From Candidatus Berkelbacteria bacterium (GTDB lineage: Bacteria > Patescibacteriota > UBA1384 > JACPKC01): a stretch of 64,000 bases of DNA. Of the stretch, positions 8,795 through 18,089 are shown in pieces. The translations under genes and the position numbers were made by a program. The notes beneath the pieces are model-generated. The model had not been told where the DNA came from and made no database searches. It saw only the letters and a program-made list of their open reading frames with translations. Location of the stretch: NCBI GenBank assembly GCA_016187225.1, contig JACPKC010000006.1, positions 89,051 to 153,050 on the forward strand, read 5' to 3'. Each line of letters opens with the position of its first letter. Position 1 is the first letter of the stretch.

Positions 8795-9010
8795 ATGCCA
8801 AAATTACCGCGCTTAACCGCGAAACGCGTCATTACTTTACTGCTCAAACATGGCTTTGTTTTGGATCACTCCACCGGCAGTCATCAGATTTTCTACCACC
8901 CAACAACTCACTGTCGCGTAACGGTACCGTTTCACAATCGAAATCTGCTCATTGGCACGCTCTACTCCATTTTGAAACAAAGCGGCATTCCACGAGATGA
9001 GTTTCGCTAA
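8795..9010 (+). CDS. hicA: HicA-family toxin
   Basis: MPKLP...HGF...TGSH...VTVPFH...GTLYSILKQSG. Confidence 0.92.
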   Translation: MPKLPRLTAKRVITLLLKHGFVLDHSTGSHQIFYHPTTHCRVTVPFHNRNLLIGTLYSILKQSGIPRDEFR

Positions 9011-9878
9011 CATGCTATTCACGCGCCGTCGAAACCCTCTTACGAGGGTTGGGAATTGATAATGAGGAATATCGAACCCCAATCCTGGCAAGAAGTTAAA
9101 TATACGTTAGATTGGATCCGACAATCAGCCGACGATCGTGTATCAAGATATCTGCTGTCAAAACAGCGACGTGGCCTCGTGAGTTAGGCTTTGAAAGTCT
9201 GCCCCTCATATTAAGACCACGTCGCTGTCCCTAATCGTCCCCTCTTATTTAGATTAGGAAGCAGGCGATCTGGTAGGCGAGAAGTAGGTAAATTCACCGT
9301 CCTAACTCAAACGCTTGAACAAGCGCGAGCTGGAGCGCCGTCTCCTGTTCATGGAGCGGCTGGGACAGCGATTCATCACTGCTTTTCGGTTGCCCTTGGG
9401 AGTGGGAAGGCGCTTATCTCCTTCCATCATCAAGAGGCCAGATAGATAGGGTAAATCGGCAATAACTCCTGTTAAATTGCCGCTTCACCATAAGATTTCG
9501 TTTTGGTGCACCTTACCCTCTAGTGATAGGGCGCACCAAGCGAATTCCTAGGCAGATTTGTGGCTCGAGAGTGAGCCTCATTGTGTTTGTGCCCCTCTGG
9601 AACCACAAATCCAACCTGGGAAACGTGGCAGGTCTGTGACGGCGGATGTGAAATGCAACCGCAACTAGTGAGGATTGAATACCACACCCCTAACATTCAG
9701 CCTCCGCAAAAAACGGGGCCAAATGGGGTCGATATGGCCGCAGGGGGCCGCCATCACAGACCTGCCGGCAACTAATGTTGCCAACAGGATTAAATAGAAT
9801 GATTACTTACGACCGTTATAAAATTGACGATCATTTTTTACTATCGATGCATCCATACGCAGGGCGCAATGATAGAGA

Positions 9879-10107
9879 TCACAAATACTCATCTATTTTG
9901 ATGCATTCTAGTTTCGCATCCGAGATGAGACCCCGGACAGCCGCCAAACCTGCATCATGCGCTACACTCTGGTACACGTAAACCCTCGTCTTTGATTTAC
10001 CGCCTCTCTAATATGAGATCGCTATGCCCCCCAAATACAGACTTGCAATCGCAGTAGAGAGAGTAGCCACTTTGAGTTGTAAAAGTTCGCCCGACATCTC
10101 TTTCCAT
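9879..10107 (-). pseudogene. Small ORF, probably frameshifted
   Basis: GGAGG SD plus MERDVGR...; stops at 9997, but an alternative frame continues GKSKTRVYVYQSVAHDAG... Confidence 0.35.
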
Positions 10108-10319
10108 CAAAAAAACCTCCAGGAGCGTTGAATATAGGTTGGCAAAATACCAGAACCTGTATCCAGCGGTAGATGCTCCTGACACCTATTCCGAAGGTTT
10201 TCTCGTTTTGTTTGGATGTGCTTCCCATCCGTGTGGGTGGGACTAGCGGCGTTCGGTGAGGAGGGGAACACCGGACGCCACTAATCGCACACACTTTTTG
10301 TCTTTTTGTTAACGCAGAG

Positions 10320-10348
10320 ACTCTAGCATAGGTTATTGGCTTTGTCAA
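10320..10348 (-). promoter_or_regulatory. Sigma70 promoter P2
   Basis: TTGACA-17 bp-TAGAGT with TG extension. Confidence 0.7.
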
Positions 10349-10377
10349 GACCCCGCCGGAGAGTCATTTCTGCTTAA

Positions 10378-10477
10378 TTTATACGAACGTGAAATGTATA
10401 AATTTATCTTAAGGTTACGCGTATTTTATACCACTCGATGACTCACTTGTCAAGTATACATTATACGTTCGTATAAA
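10378..10477 (-). promoter_or_regulatory. Sigma70 promoter P1 bracketed by a 23-bp inverted repeat
   Basis: TTGACA (10453-10448)-17 bp-TATAAA; inverted-repeat arms 10378-10400 and 10455-10477, 21/23 match. Confidence 0.7.
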
Positions 10478-10520
10478 GAATAACCTGCCACAGAGGGCAG
10501 GCTATCGGGTAGGGGAAATG

Positions 10521-11807
10521 CTAGTATTCAAACCAGATCGGAGAAGAAATAATATCCTTCCTAAGCCCCAGCGCAAGACGAAATGTAGCCTTGGCGTAAA
10601 CACAGCAAACGCCTTGGGTTCGAATCTCTCCCACGGTTGGGATGTCACCCAGATTGTCCGCCTCGCCGTTGAGCGGTGGCGAGGTATAGATTCGATCGCT
10701 TTCCAGCCTTGGAGCGACCACCACGATTGAGATGCTTTCCACCTTCCCCTTAGGTGGAAGAGCAACGGCGTTGACGATAAAGGATTCATCTGGCTCGAAA
10801 TCAGCCGTCAGCGGTATTGTTTGCCCCATTGTCCAGGTAATACCCCGCTTTGGCGCCGAAACTATAAGGTAAATCACGGCGCCTGGAAGTTCGGTGCCAA
10901 ACACTCGCCGCGCTCGAAGCGCCTCAAGAATGCCTGACTCCGTCCGATCTTTAACAAACAAGCCGGCGACTGTTTCAGCATTCCCATAGGGCGGAAAGTG
11001 CTCATCGCCAGACATGACTGCTCCCACGCGCCACTTGTTACGAAGGAGTTCGCGATAGCAGGCTTCGTTACTACTTCGAAGCTCTTTGCCATCACCCAGA
11101 CCAGTGTATTCTGGCCCATGACTAGAGAGCTCGCAGGCGACCATTTTTTCCCTGGCTCCAGGCAAATCGTCAGGGCAAGCCTTGAAACCATTAAAAGTCT
11201 GTTCAATCCCACCCCGCTCGGTCATATAGAGTTCGGGGTGGGCGAAAATGCCCACTGCGCCCGGTTCATTTGCCATCCAAGTGAGGGGGGAAATAAAATT
11301 ACTCTCATTTGGAAGAATGGGTGAATTACCATCTCCTTCTTGCCGCGCGGCTACCCGCCGTTCGGTATCGAATACAAGAATATGACCCCAACCCGGATTG
11401 TACTGGGGTAATTTTTGGAGCAGGTTTTCAGGTTCAGGTGTACCCGTCAGTTCAAAACCGCGAAGGAGAACTTTACCATCAGTTGAGTACTCTCGGGTAA
11501 ACTGCGCCTGTTGCGCCCATTCCCAATCCGACAAATGCTCGGCATGATCAGTGAGCGCCATTCCATCGAAACGCTTCAAATTTGCGTTAATTACCTGATC
11601 CGGCGCGGCGAGATCTCGATCAATCTTGGTCGCAACCACTCCAGGCAAATCCGATTTGGCATCGGAAAACCGAGTATGGGTATGCAAATTCGCATACACG
11701 AGCCGGTAATCCTGAAATTCTTCCTGTGGCTCCGGAACAAGCGGTTCAGCTGTAATCAAACCGCGGAGCAAAAAAATTGCCAGAACTACCACGATTATTT
11801 TCTTCAC
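10521..11807 (-). CDS. Secreted PHP-domain metallophosphoesterase
   Basis: Signal peptide; NLHTHTRFSD, ALTDH, AHP and SGDEH motifs. Confidence 0.85.
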   Translation of the reverse strand: MKKIIVVVLAIFLLRGLITAEPLVPEPQEEFQDYRLVYANLHTHTRFSDAKSDLPGVVATKIDRDLAAPDQVINANLKRFDGMALTDHAEHLSDWEWAQQAQFTREYSTDGKVLLRGFELTGTPEPENLLQKLPQYNPGWGHILVFDTERRVAARQEGDGNSPILPNESNFISPLTWMANEPGAVGIFAHPELYMTERGGIEQTFNGFKACPDDLPGAREKMVACELSSHGPEYTGLGDGKELRSSNEACYRELLRNKWRVGAVMSGDEHFPPYGNAETVAGLFVKDRTESGILEALRARRVFGTELPGAVIYLIVSAPKRGITWTMGQTIPLTADFEPDESFIVNAVALPPKGKVESISIVVVAPRLESDRIYTSPPLNGEADNLGDIPTVGEIRTQGVCCVYAKATFRLALGLRKDIISSPIWFEY

Positions 11808-11886
11808 GTTACCTGCACCACCTTGGAAAAGAAAAGTCGACCCTGATGGGTCGCTTTTCATAGTAGAGCAAAAATTGGGGAGTTAT

Positions 11887-13029
11887 TCAAGCCGCGACGA
11901 GTTCAGGCTTTTTAACCGCTTTTTCGAGTTTTCGATCCTCGGCGGCTTTTTTAGCGGCGGGCGGGCGACGATCTTCAGGATAAGCCAAGCTCACTTTGCG
12001 TGAGTTAGTATCAATCGATAAAATTTGAAAAGTATCAGCATCACCGGCCTTCACCTTGCCTGCCAGCCCCTCGTCAACACTTACGCCAAATTCAGAGATG
12101 TGCATTAAGCCAACTACATCTTTGGCGATCTCAATAAACGCGCCAAACGGCGAAATTCTCACGACCGTTCCGGTAATAGCTTGTCCCGGGACAAATTCTT
12201 TAATCGCGCTCTGCCATGGATCAAGTACCAAGCGTTTCACTGAAAGAGAGACTCGGCCGCCCTCAATACTAATGACTTGCACTCGTACCTTATCGCCAAC
12301 CTTGTAGAGACGATCGAGATTATCGACTCGATCCCAGGAAATTTCCGAGATATGCACAAGCCCTTCCAGCTCGCCAATATTGACAAAGATGCCAAAATCA
12401 ACGATGCCAGTAACAGCGCCTTCGATTTCCTCACCTATTTTCAACTGACTCGCTCGCTCCTCGGCCAGACTATCACCGGCCGCCTTTTCAGAAAACACAA
12501 TCTTGTTATTTTTTGCATCGAGGGTAATGACTTTAGCCGAGAGCTCCTTGCCAATCAAGGTTTTGAGAGCGTCACGAATATCATCTTTGCGCCCACGCGG
12601 CTGATGCTGGGAGGCAAGCTGGGAAACAGGCAAAAAACCTTCTATGTTGCCATATTCAACAACAAGTCCGCCGCGATTGGTGTCTTTAACTAAAATTGTG
12701 ACTGGCATTTTGGCGTCGTAGTTTTCTTGGAGTGAAACGAGATGTCGCTCTTTATCGGCTCGACGCAAAGAGAGGATGGCGTACCCGTCGTCGTTTTCAG
12801 CCAAGAGAACGTAGGACGAAATTTCATCGCCAATTTTAATATTCGAGACAAGTGATGAAAATTCCCGCGCCGGAATAAGTCCCAACGCCATGCCATCGAG
12901 ATCAACGATGATGCGTGCGCGAGAAACGGAAACGACAATACCTTTGATTGTGATGCCCTGTTTGATCGAAATAAGTTTTTCGCCCAACTCCTCTGCCAAG
13001 CTATCCATGGTTTGAACAAGTGTAGACAT
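11887..13029 (-). CDS. rpsA: 30S ribosomal protein S1
   Basis: Four S1 repeats (DFGIFVNIG, EGLVHISEISW, PFGAF). Confidence 0.95.
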   Translation of the reverse strand: MSTLVQTMDSLAEELGEKLISIKQGITIKGIVVSVSRARIIVDLDGMALGLIPAREFSSLVSNIKIGDEISSYVLLAENDDGYAILSLRRADKERHLVSLQENYDAKMPVTILVKDTNRGGLVVEYGNIEGFLPVSQLASQHQPRGRKDDIRDALKTLIGKELSAKVITLDAKNNKIVFSEKAAGDSLAEERASQLKIGEEIEGAVTGIVDFGIFVNIGELEGLVHISEISWDRVDNLDRLYKVGDKVRVQVISIEGGRVSLSVKRLVLDPWQSAIKEFVPGQAITGTVVRISPFGAFIEIAKDVVGLMHISEFGVSVDEGLAGKVKAGDADTFQILSIDTNSRKVSLAYPEDRRPPAAKKAAEDRKLEKAVKKPELVAA

Positions 13030-13112
13030 TAAGAATTATTTTCCTTTACGCTCCTGGTAACCAGAAGCGACAATGGGAGGACTATATCAGATTCAATCCT
13101 ATTCTGCAAGTC

Positions 13113-13187
13113 TGGTGCCGGAGGTCAGAATCGAACTGACTACACGAGGCTCTTCAAGCCACTGCTCTGCCAATGAGCTACTCCGGC
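13113..13187 (-). tRNA. tRNA-Phe(GAA)
   Basis: Cloverleaf; anticodon loop TTGAAGA; encoded CCA. Confidence 0.93.
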
Positions 13188-13194
13188 ATACGCT

Positions 13195-13270
13195 TGGTGG
13201 ATCCACTCCGACTCGAACGGAGGACCTTCTCGGTGTAAACGAGACGCTCTGCCAACTGAGCTATGGATCC
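13195..13270 (-). tRNA. tRNA-Val(TAC)
   Basis: TCTCG-TTTACAC-CGAGA; CCA. Confidence 0.95.
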
Positions 13271-13358
13271 TGGTGGGCAAGAGAGGACTCGAACCTCCAC
13301 GACCGCAATGGCCACAGGCCCCTCAAGCCTGCGCGTCTACCAGTTCCGCCACTTGCCC
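13271..13358 (-). tRNA. tRNA-Leu(GAG)
   Basis: CAGGC-TTGAGGG-GCCTG; long variable arm; CCA. Confidence 0.95.
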
Positions 13359-13412
13359 AAATTCTTAGAGCAGTCAAAATTTATCAGATGTGCGCGCTTG
13401 TGCCAAGACGCG

Positions 13413-13499
13413 TGGTGCCGCGGGGGAGATTTGAACTCCCACAAGCTTGCGCTTACAGCGCCCTGAACGCTGCGTGTCTACCAATTTCACCACCGCGGC
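13413..13499 (-). tRNA. tRNA-Leu(CAG)
   Basis: CAGCG-TTCAGGG-CGCTG; long variable arm; CCA. Confidence 0.95.
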
Positions 13500-13564
13500 C
13501 TACCTCCTGAGGGATTATACATTGAACTCATTGCATAATTATATTGGTAGCTGCAATGAGTTCA

Positions 13565-14911
13565 TTATTCAACTGGTTTGCGGCGGGATTTCCGATACCA
13601 TTCGGCAATATTTGAAAACCGATCCGCAACTGAAAGACCAGGCTGGGATTTAGCGCCTTGAATCCCCTTATCAACTGCAAATGAGACCGACACTTGTTCG
13701 AGTTCAATCGCCGGAACGAGGCGCTCAAAAATCTCATCAAACTGATCATAGAGTTTTTCACGCTCGGAAACTTCGACGGTCTGGCGCGCTTTTTCCAAAA
13801 TGCGATCGGCGTCAATGTTGGCAAAATTGGAAAGGTTCAAACCAGTTGGACTGATTTGCGATGAATGCCAAAAAGGATAAGGATCAGGGTCACCGCCAAA
13901 ATCCAGCCCATAGATAAGCGCGTCGTAGTTGCGATTTGGAACAACATCTTTAGCTAGCTCGGTGGCAGTATGTGTTTCTACAATTACTCGCACACCTAAA
14001 GGTTGCCAGCGTTCGACGATTTCTTGAGCGATACGTTCGTTTTTTGGATTTGCAAGGGTAACTAACTTAATCTCAAGCGTTTGCGCTAAAGCTGTTCCAT
14101 CTTTTAAATTTTTTCTCACCGCTTCTTTTTTAAGTTCGTCTTTTTCGGTATTAAAAAAGAGATAAATTTTGCGGGGAACTTCGATCTGAAATACTTTAAG
14201 CGGCTCTAACAAATGTTCGTTTTCAATCATCGAGATATCCGCGACACCCTGAATATCACCGACTGAAAGCGCGCGAGTGAGATTAAAAGTATCGGCATAG
14301 ATGCGTAGAATCAACTCTTGAAGATAGGGCGTGCTAGCAAAGGCATTCGAGCGCGGGCGCAGGCGCACAATGCCGCGCTCCTGCTCTGTAATTTCATAAG
14401 GGCCGAGAGGGAAAATGGGAATGGCAGTGGTTGCCAAAAAGGGCGTGAAGGATTGTTTAAGGTTAAAAATTACCCGCTGATCGTCTGTCACCTCGATATC
14501 GATGTCCTTAAAAGTCTCTTTATTCCGGTCGAGAGCGGCTTGAGTAGTGCTTTTGTCGATCGCTGTATCCATTTGAAAGATATAAGTTTTACCGTCGTCG
14601 CTCACCTCCCAACTCTTCGCCGCCGCGGGTTCAAATTGATTCTCTTGACCGTAACGCACAAAACCAATGTTTGTTAAAACGTCGAGAGTCGATTGAATGT
14701 CGGCAAGTGACGAGGCAACGATGCCTTCTGTATAAGTACCACCGGAGACCGGCTGTTGAGTTGTTTTTTTAATCCAGTAGCGATAACCAAGAGCGCTCGT
14801 GCTCAAGAGGACGACTAGGAAAAGAATCGCCATCGTCATTTTTTCTACGCGCGTTAGAGATGTAAGAAGGCGAAAAATAAACGAACGTGAATTGTATAGC
14901 TTTGGTTGCAT
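13565..14911 (-). CDS. ABC transporter substrate-binding protein (family 5, OppA-like)
   Basis: GGTYTEG, SWEVSDDGKTYIF, DPDPYPFWHSSQ; N-terminal TM. Confidence 0.9.
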   Translation of the reverse strand: MQPKLYNSRSFIFRLLTSLTRVEKMTMAILFLVVLLSTSALGYRYWIKKTTQQPVSGGTYTEGIVASSLADIQSTLDVLTNIGFVRYGQENQFEPAAAKSWEVSDDGKTYIFQMDTAIDKSTTQAALDRNKETFKDIDIEVTDDQRVIFNLKQSFTPFLATTAIPIFPLGPYEITEQERGIVRLRPRSNAFASTPYLQELILRIYADTFNLTRALSVGDIQGVADISMIENEHLLEPLKVFQIEVPRKIYLFFNTEKDELKKEAVRKNLKDGTALAQTLEIKLVTLANPKNERIAQEIVERWQPLGVRVIVETHTATELAKDVVPNRNYDALIYGLDFGGDPDPYPFWHSSQISPTGLNLSNFANIDADRILEKARQTVEVSEREKLYDQFDEIFERLVPAIELEQVSVSFAVDKGIQGAKSQPGLSVADRFSNIAEWYRKSRRKPVE

Positions 14912-15132
14912 CAGCGCAAAGTGATATTCAAAATTGCGACGGTCACAAAAAGGATCGCAAAAATAATGCTGGCGTTAAAAAGCACTTTTTCAACTCCCCG
15001 CTTACTTCGATAGACATTACTTGTTCCACCGAAGGCGCCGCCCAAACCAGTGCCTCGATGCTGAAGTAAAATCGAAGCGATTAGAAGAAAAGAAAGAATA
15101 ATTTGCAGGCTATTGAGAATGAGGGGATTCAT
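14911..15132 (-). CDS. secG: Preprotein translocase subunit SecG
   Basis: ILLQHRGTGLGGAFGG...RGVEK. Confidence 0.95.
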   Translation of the reverse strand: MNPLILNSLQIILSFLLIASILLQHRGTGLGGAFGGTSNVYRSKRGVEKVLFNASIIFAILFVTVAILNITLR

Positions 15133-15146
15133 ATTTAAGAACCAAA

Positions 15147-15221
15147 TGGAGGCGCCGGCGGGAATTGCACCCACGTGTAGAGGTTTTGCAGACCTCTGCC
15201 TTACTGCTTGGCTACGGCGCC
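15147..15221 (-). tRNA. tRNA-Cys(GCA)
   Basis: GAGGT-CTGCAAA-ACCTC; U73; CCA. Confidence 0.93.
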
Positions 15222-15267
15222 TCATTCTGCCCGCGCCAAGAACATAAATAAATTAGATAAATTTGCT

Positions 15268-15342
15268 TGGAGCGGGAGACGGGATTCGCACCCGCGACCT
15301 CTACCTTGGCAAGGTAGCATTCTACTGCTGAACTACTCCCGC
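15268..15342 (-). tRNA. tRNA-Gly(GCC)
   Basis: CTACC-TTGCCAA-GGTAG; U73; CCA. Confidence 0.93.
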
Positions 15343-15424
15343 CAACATGGATTTACAAGAGCAGAGTTGATGCTAACATAGGCATACATGCGTGTAAACC
15401 ATGCTTTAAGGATTGGAGGCTTTT

Positions 15425-15676
15425 ATGCCACGTAAACGTCGCTGGCGCGCCGCCGTCAAGCTCGATGACACTCAACCAACAGATCGCGCTATCCAAGCTT
15501 CAAATCGACCCCTACTTGCGAATTCTTTGCGTAAAATTGTGACTCAAGACGTTTTAAGAGTAGTTTTTGCACTGGCGATCATACTGGTCCTACTTGGCGG
15601 CGCTTTAGCGCTTGAACAGTTTTCTAATCTGCCGGATCGAATTGCTCAATCACTTTACGAATTCCTCGGGTTTTAA
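15425..15676 (+). CDS. Small membrane protein
   Basis: GGAGG SD; one TM helix. Confidence 0.7.
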   Translation: MPRKRRWRAAVKLDDTQPTDRAIQASNRPLLANSLRKIVTQDVLRVVFALAIILVLLGGALALEQFSNLPDRIAQSLYEFLGF

Positions 15677-16327
15677 AACTCTAAATTCTCCTGGCTTCAA
15701 TTGTCCTAAAGAAATTGGACCGTGCTGAATCCGCTTCAAGCGAAGAGTTGCGAGTCCGGCGCAATCAAGTAGACGGCGCACCAAGTGCTTTCTCCCCTCA
15801 TGTACTTCAAGTTCAAAGATTAACCCTATCTCATCTCGACCAAGATATTTTACCCGATCAAATTGCGATGCTCGATTAGCAAGACGATGAGGACGTTTGA
15901 GCTTGCTCTCTAATTCGGAAAGATCGTAACGATTCGGAACTGGCACCCAGGCTTGATAAATCTTTTTGTGTTCGAAGCGAGGATGAGTGAGTCGGAAGGC
16001 CAATTCGCCATCATTGGTGACCAGCACAAGGCCCTCGCTCTCCTGATCGAGGCGTCCGACTGAAAAAACTCTCGGCTCGCCTGGAACAAGCGAGTTTACA
16101 TCGGTAATGATAAGGCCACGCGGTTTATAGAGCGCATACACTACCCGTTTCTGGTCTGGCATTACTGTTTCCCCGTCGACGGCAATAATTTCACGCTCTG
16201 CATGAATTAGAGTGCCAAGCTGGGTAACAATTTTCCCATTTACCGCTACTCGTCCAGCTTGAATAAGTTCATCGGCCTTGCGCCGTGCCGCAATCCCCGA
16301 CGAAGATAAAAATTTATTGAGCCTCAC
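15650..16327 (-). CDS. RsuA/RluB-family pseudouridine synthase
   Basis: S4 domain RLNKFLS...RRKADELI; VGRLD catalytic Asp; start may be 16378. Confidence 0.92.
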   Translation of the reverse strand: MRLNKFLSSSGIAARRKADELIQAGRVAVNGKIVTQLGTLIHAEREIIAVDGETVMPDQKRVVYALYKPRGLIITDVNSLVPGEPRVFSVGRLDQESEGLVLVTNDGELAFRLTHPRFEHKKIYQAWVPVPNRYDLSELESKLKRPHRLANRASQFDRVKYLGRDEIGLIFELEVHEGRKHLVRRLLDCAGLATLRLKRIQHGPISLGQLKPGEFRVLKPEEFVK

Positions 16328-16508
16328 TAACTTGCTTCTCGGCAACTTTTGGCTGGCTAGTGGTGTAGGTAGAGTCATAATGTTGATCTGTAATTATACT
16401 TCGATAGATGTAAGTCGCGATGATTAACAAAATACTCACGAGCGTGAGTAATATAAGGATTCCATTTTCATTCCGGTCAAAAAGTGACTGCATATTTCCT
16501 TTATACAT
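16314..16508 (-). CDS. Possible small membrane protein
   Basis: Single hydrophobic helix filling an operon gap. Confidence 0.35.
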   Translation of the reverse strand: MYKGNMQSLFDRNENGILILLTLVSILLIIATYIYRSIITDQHYDSTYTTSQPKVAEKQVSEAQ

Positions 16509-16574
16509 TTTGCGAACGTGAAAATATAGCAGACGAAGATCGAAAACACAAGAGCGCTAGAACGCATATAAGTT

Positions 16575-18089
16575 CTAGACATATTCCTCCTGGAAGCCAA
16601 CTCTATACTGTAGAGCTTCGGTCACATGTTGACCTGCAATCTCTTTACTTGCCTCCAAATCTGCAATCGTTCGGGCCAACTTTAAAATGCGATGGTAGGC
16701 ACGCGCCGAAAGCTTGTAGTGTTCAAGCGCTTGGATTAAAAGATGTTCGGTGGCGTTATCTATTTTGCAGAGCGCCTGAACAATTTTAGCAGGCATTTCA
16801 GCATTGCAGGCGATCGTGCCACTTAAGCGTTTCTGTTGACGAACTCGAGCGCCGGCCACACGTTTACGAATTCTGTGAGACGTTTCACCTTGATTGCGCT
16901 TAATTAAAGCCTGACGCTCAACGGGTGCAACATGAAATTGCATATCAATTCGATCCAAAAATGGACCGGAGATTTTACGTTGGTAGCGCTGAAGTTCTTG
17001 AGACGAACAAGTGCATTCCGGTGTTCCAGCTCGGCCGCACGGACATGGGTTCTGGGCGGCGAGCAGGATAAACTTAGCGGGGAAGGTAAGCGATCGAGCG
17101 GCACGAGAAACCGTAATAATGCCATCTTCTAAGGGTTGACGGAGAACTTCTAAAACCGAACGCGGGAATTCAGGCAATTCATCCATAAAAAGAACACCTC
17201 TATGAGCTAGTGAGATCTCTCCGGGTTTTGGCCATGCGCCGCCGCCGATAAGAGAAATGGCGCTTGCGGTATGGTGCGGTGAGCGGATTGGGCGAGTCGT
17301 CAGTAAACCAATCCCAAATGGCAGAACGCCAGCGATACTGTGAATCTTTGTCACTTCGAGAATTTCTTCTTCAGTCATTGGGGGTAAAATTGAGGGGAAG
17401 GCGTTTGAGAGTAGAGTCTTGCCGGCGCCAGGCGGACCGCTCATGAGAACATTGTGGCCACCAGCCGCGGCGATTTCGAGCGCGCGTTTGGCAAATTCCT
17501 GGCCTTGAATATCTCCAAAATCGGTTGAGAACTGCTGTTGATCTTGAGAAAAAGTTGTTGCTTGAACCGGATTCAGCAAAGTTTGTGAGGCCAAGTGAGC
17601 AATTAACTCTTTTAGTGTCCGTATGGCATAAATAGTTAAATCTTTTACCGAGGCGGCCTCGGCCGAATTATCCATCGGCACATAGAGTGTATCGAGTCCA
17701 CGTTTTTTTGCCGAAAGAGCCAAAGCCAGAACACCAGTGATTGGCCGCACGGCGCCATTAAGAGAGAGCTCGCCCAAAAATGCGCTCGTGTCGGACAAGG
17801 GCTTAATTTGCTGATCGGCCGCCAAAATGCCGAGGGCGATCGACAAGTCATAAGCCGGACCGACCTTCTTAAGATTGGCTGGCGCAAGATTGATAATGAT
17901 ATGTCTGACCGGGAAATTTTGACCGCTATTGATAATCGCGCTTCGAACACGTTCTTTGGCCTCCTCAACCGATTTGTCAGGTAAGCCCACAAGTGTCAAG
18001 CCGGGCAAGCCCCGTGTAAGATCGACTTCAACTTGAACCAATTCTCCTTCCAGGCCAACTAAAGCTAAGGATGTAATAACTGCAAGCAT
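16575..18089 (-). CDS. comM: YifB/ComM Mg-chelatase-like AAA+ ATPase
   Basis: VGLPD, NLAPA, GPPGAGKT, PGEISLAHRGVLFMDE, NPCPCG. Confidence 0.95.
   Translation of the reverse strand: MLAVITSLALVGLEGELVQVEVDLTRGLPGLTLVGLPDKSVEEAKERVRSAIINSGQNFPVRHIIINLAPANLKKVGPAYDLSIALGILAADQQIKPLSDTSAFLGELSLNGAVRPITGVLALALSAKKRGLDTLYVPMDNSAEAASVKDLTIYAIRTLKELIAHLASQTLLNPVQATTFSQDQQQFSTDFGDIQGQEFAKRALEIAAAGGHNVLMSGPPGAGKTLLSNAFPSILPPMTEEEILEVTKIHSIAGVLPFGIGLLTTRPIRSPHHTASAISLIGGGAWPKPGEISLAHRGVLFMDELPEFPRSVLEVLRQPLEDGIITVSRAARSLTFPAKFILLAAQNPCPCGRAGTPECTCSSQELQRYQRKISGPFLDRIDMQFHVAPVERQALIKRNQGETSHRIRKRVAGARVRQQKRLSGTIACNAEMPAKIVQALCKIDNATEHLLIQALEHYKLSARAYHRILKLARTIADLEASKEIAGQHVTEALQYRVGFQEEYV

Noticed and set aside
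7102-9137. CRISPR array interpretation of the repeats
   Set aside because: Spacing is irregular with gene-sized inserts, there are two repeat types, and no cas genes are present.
13073-13510. 145-aa + strand ORF
   Set aside because: It is the antisense of four tRNA genes.
15133-15225. N-terminal extension of secG in the ORF track
   Set aside because: It overlaps tRNA-Cys; the true start is 15132.
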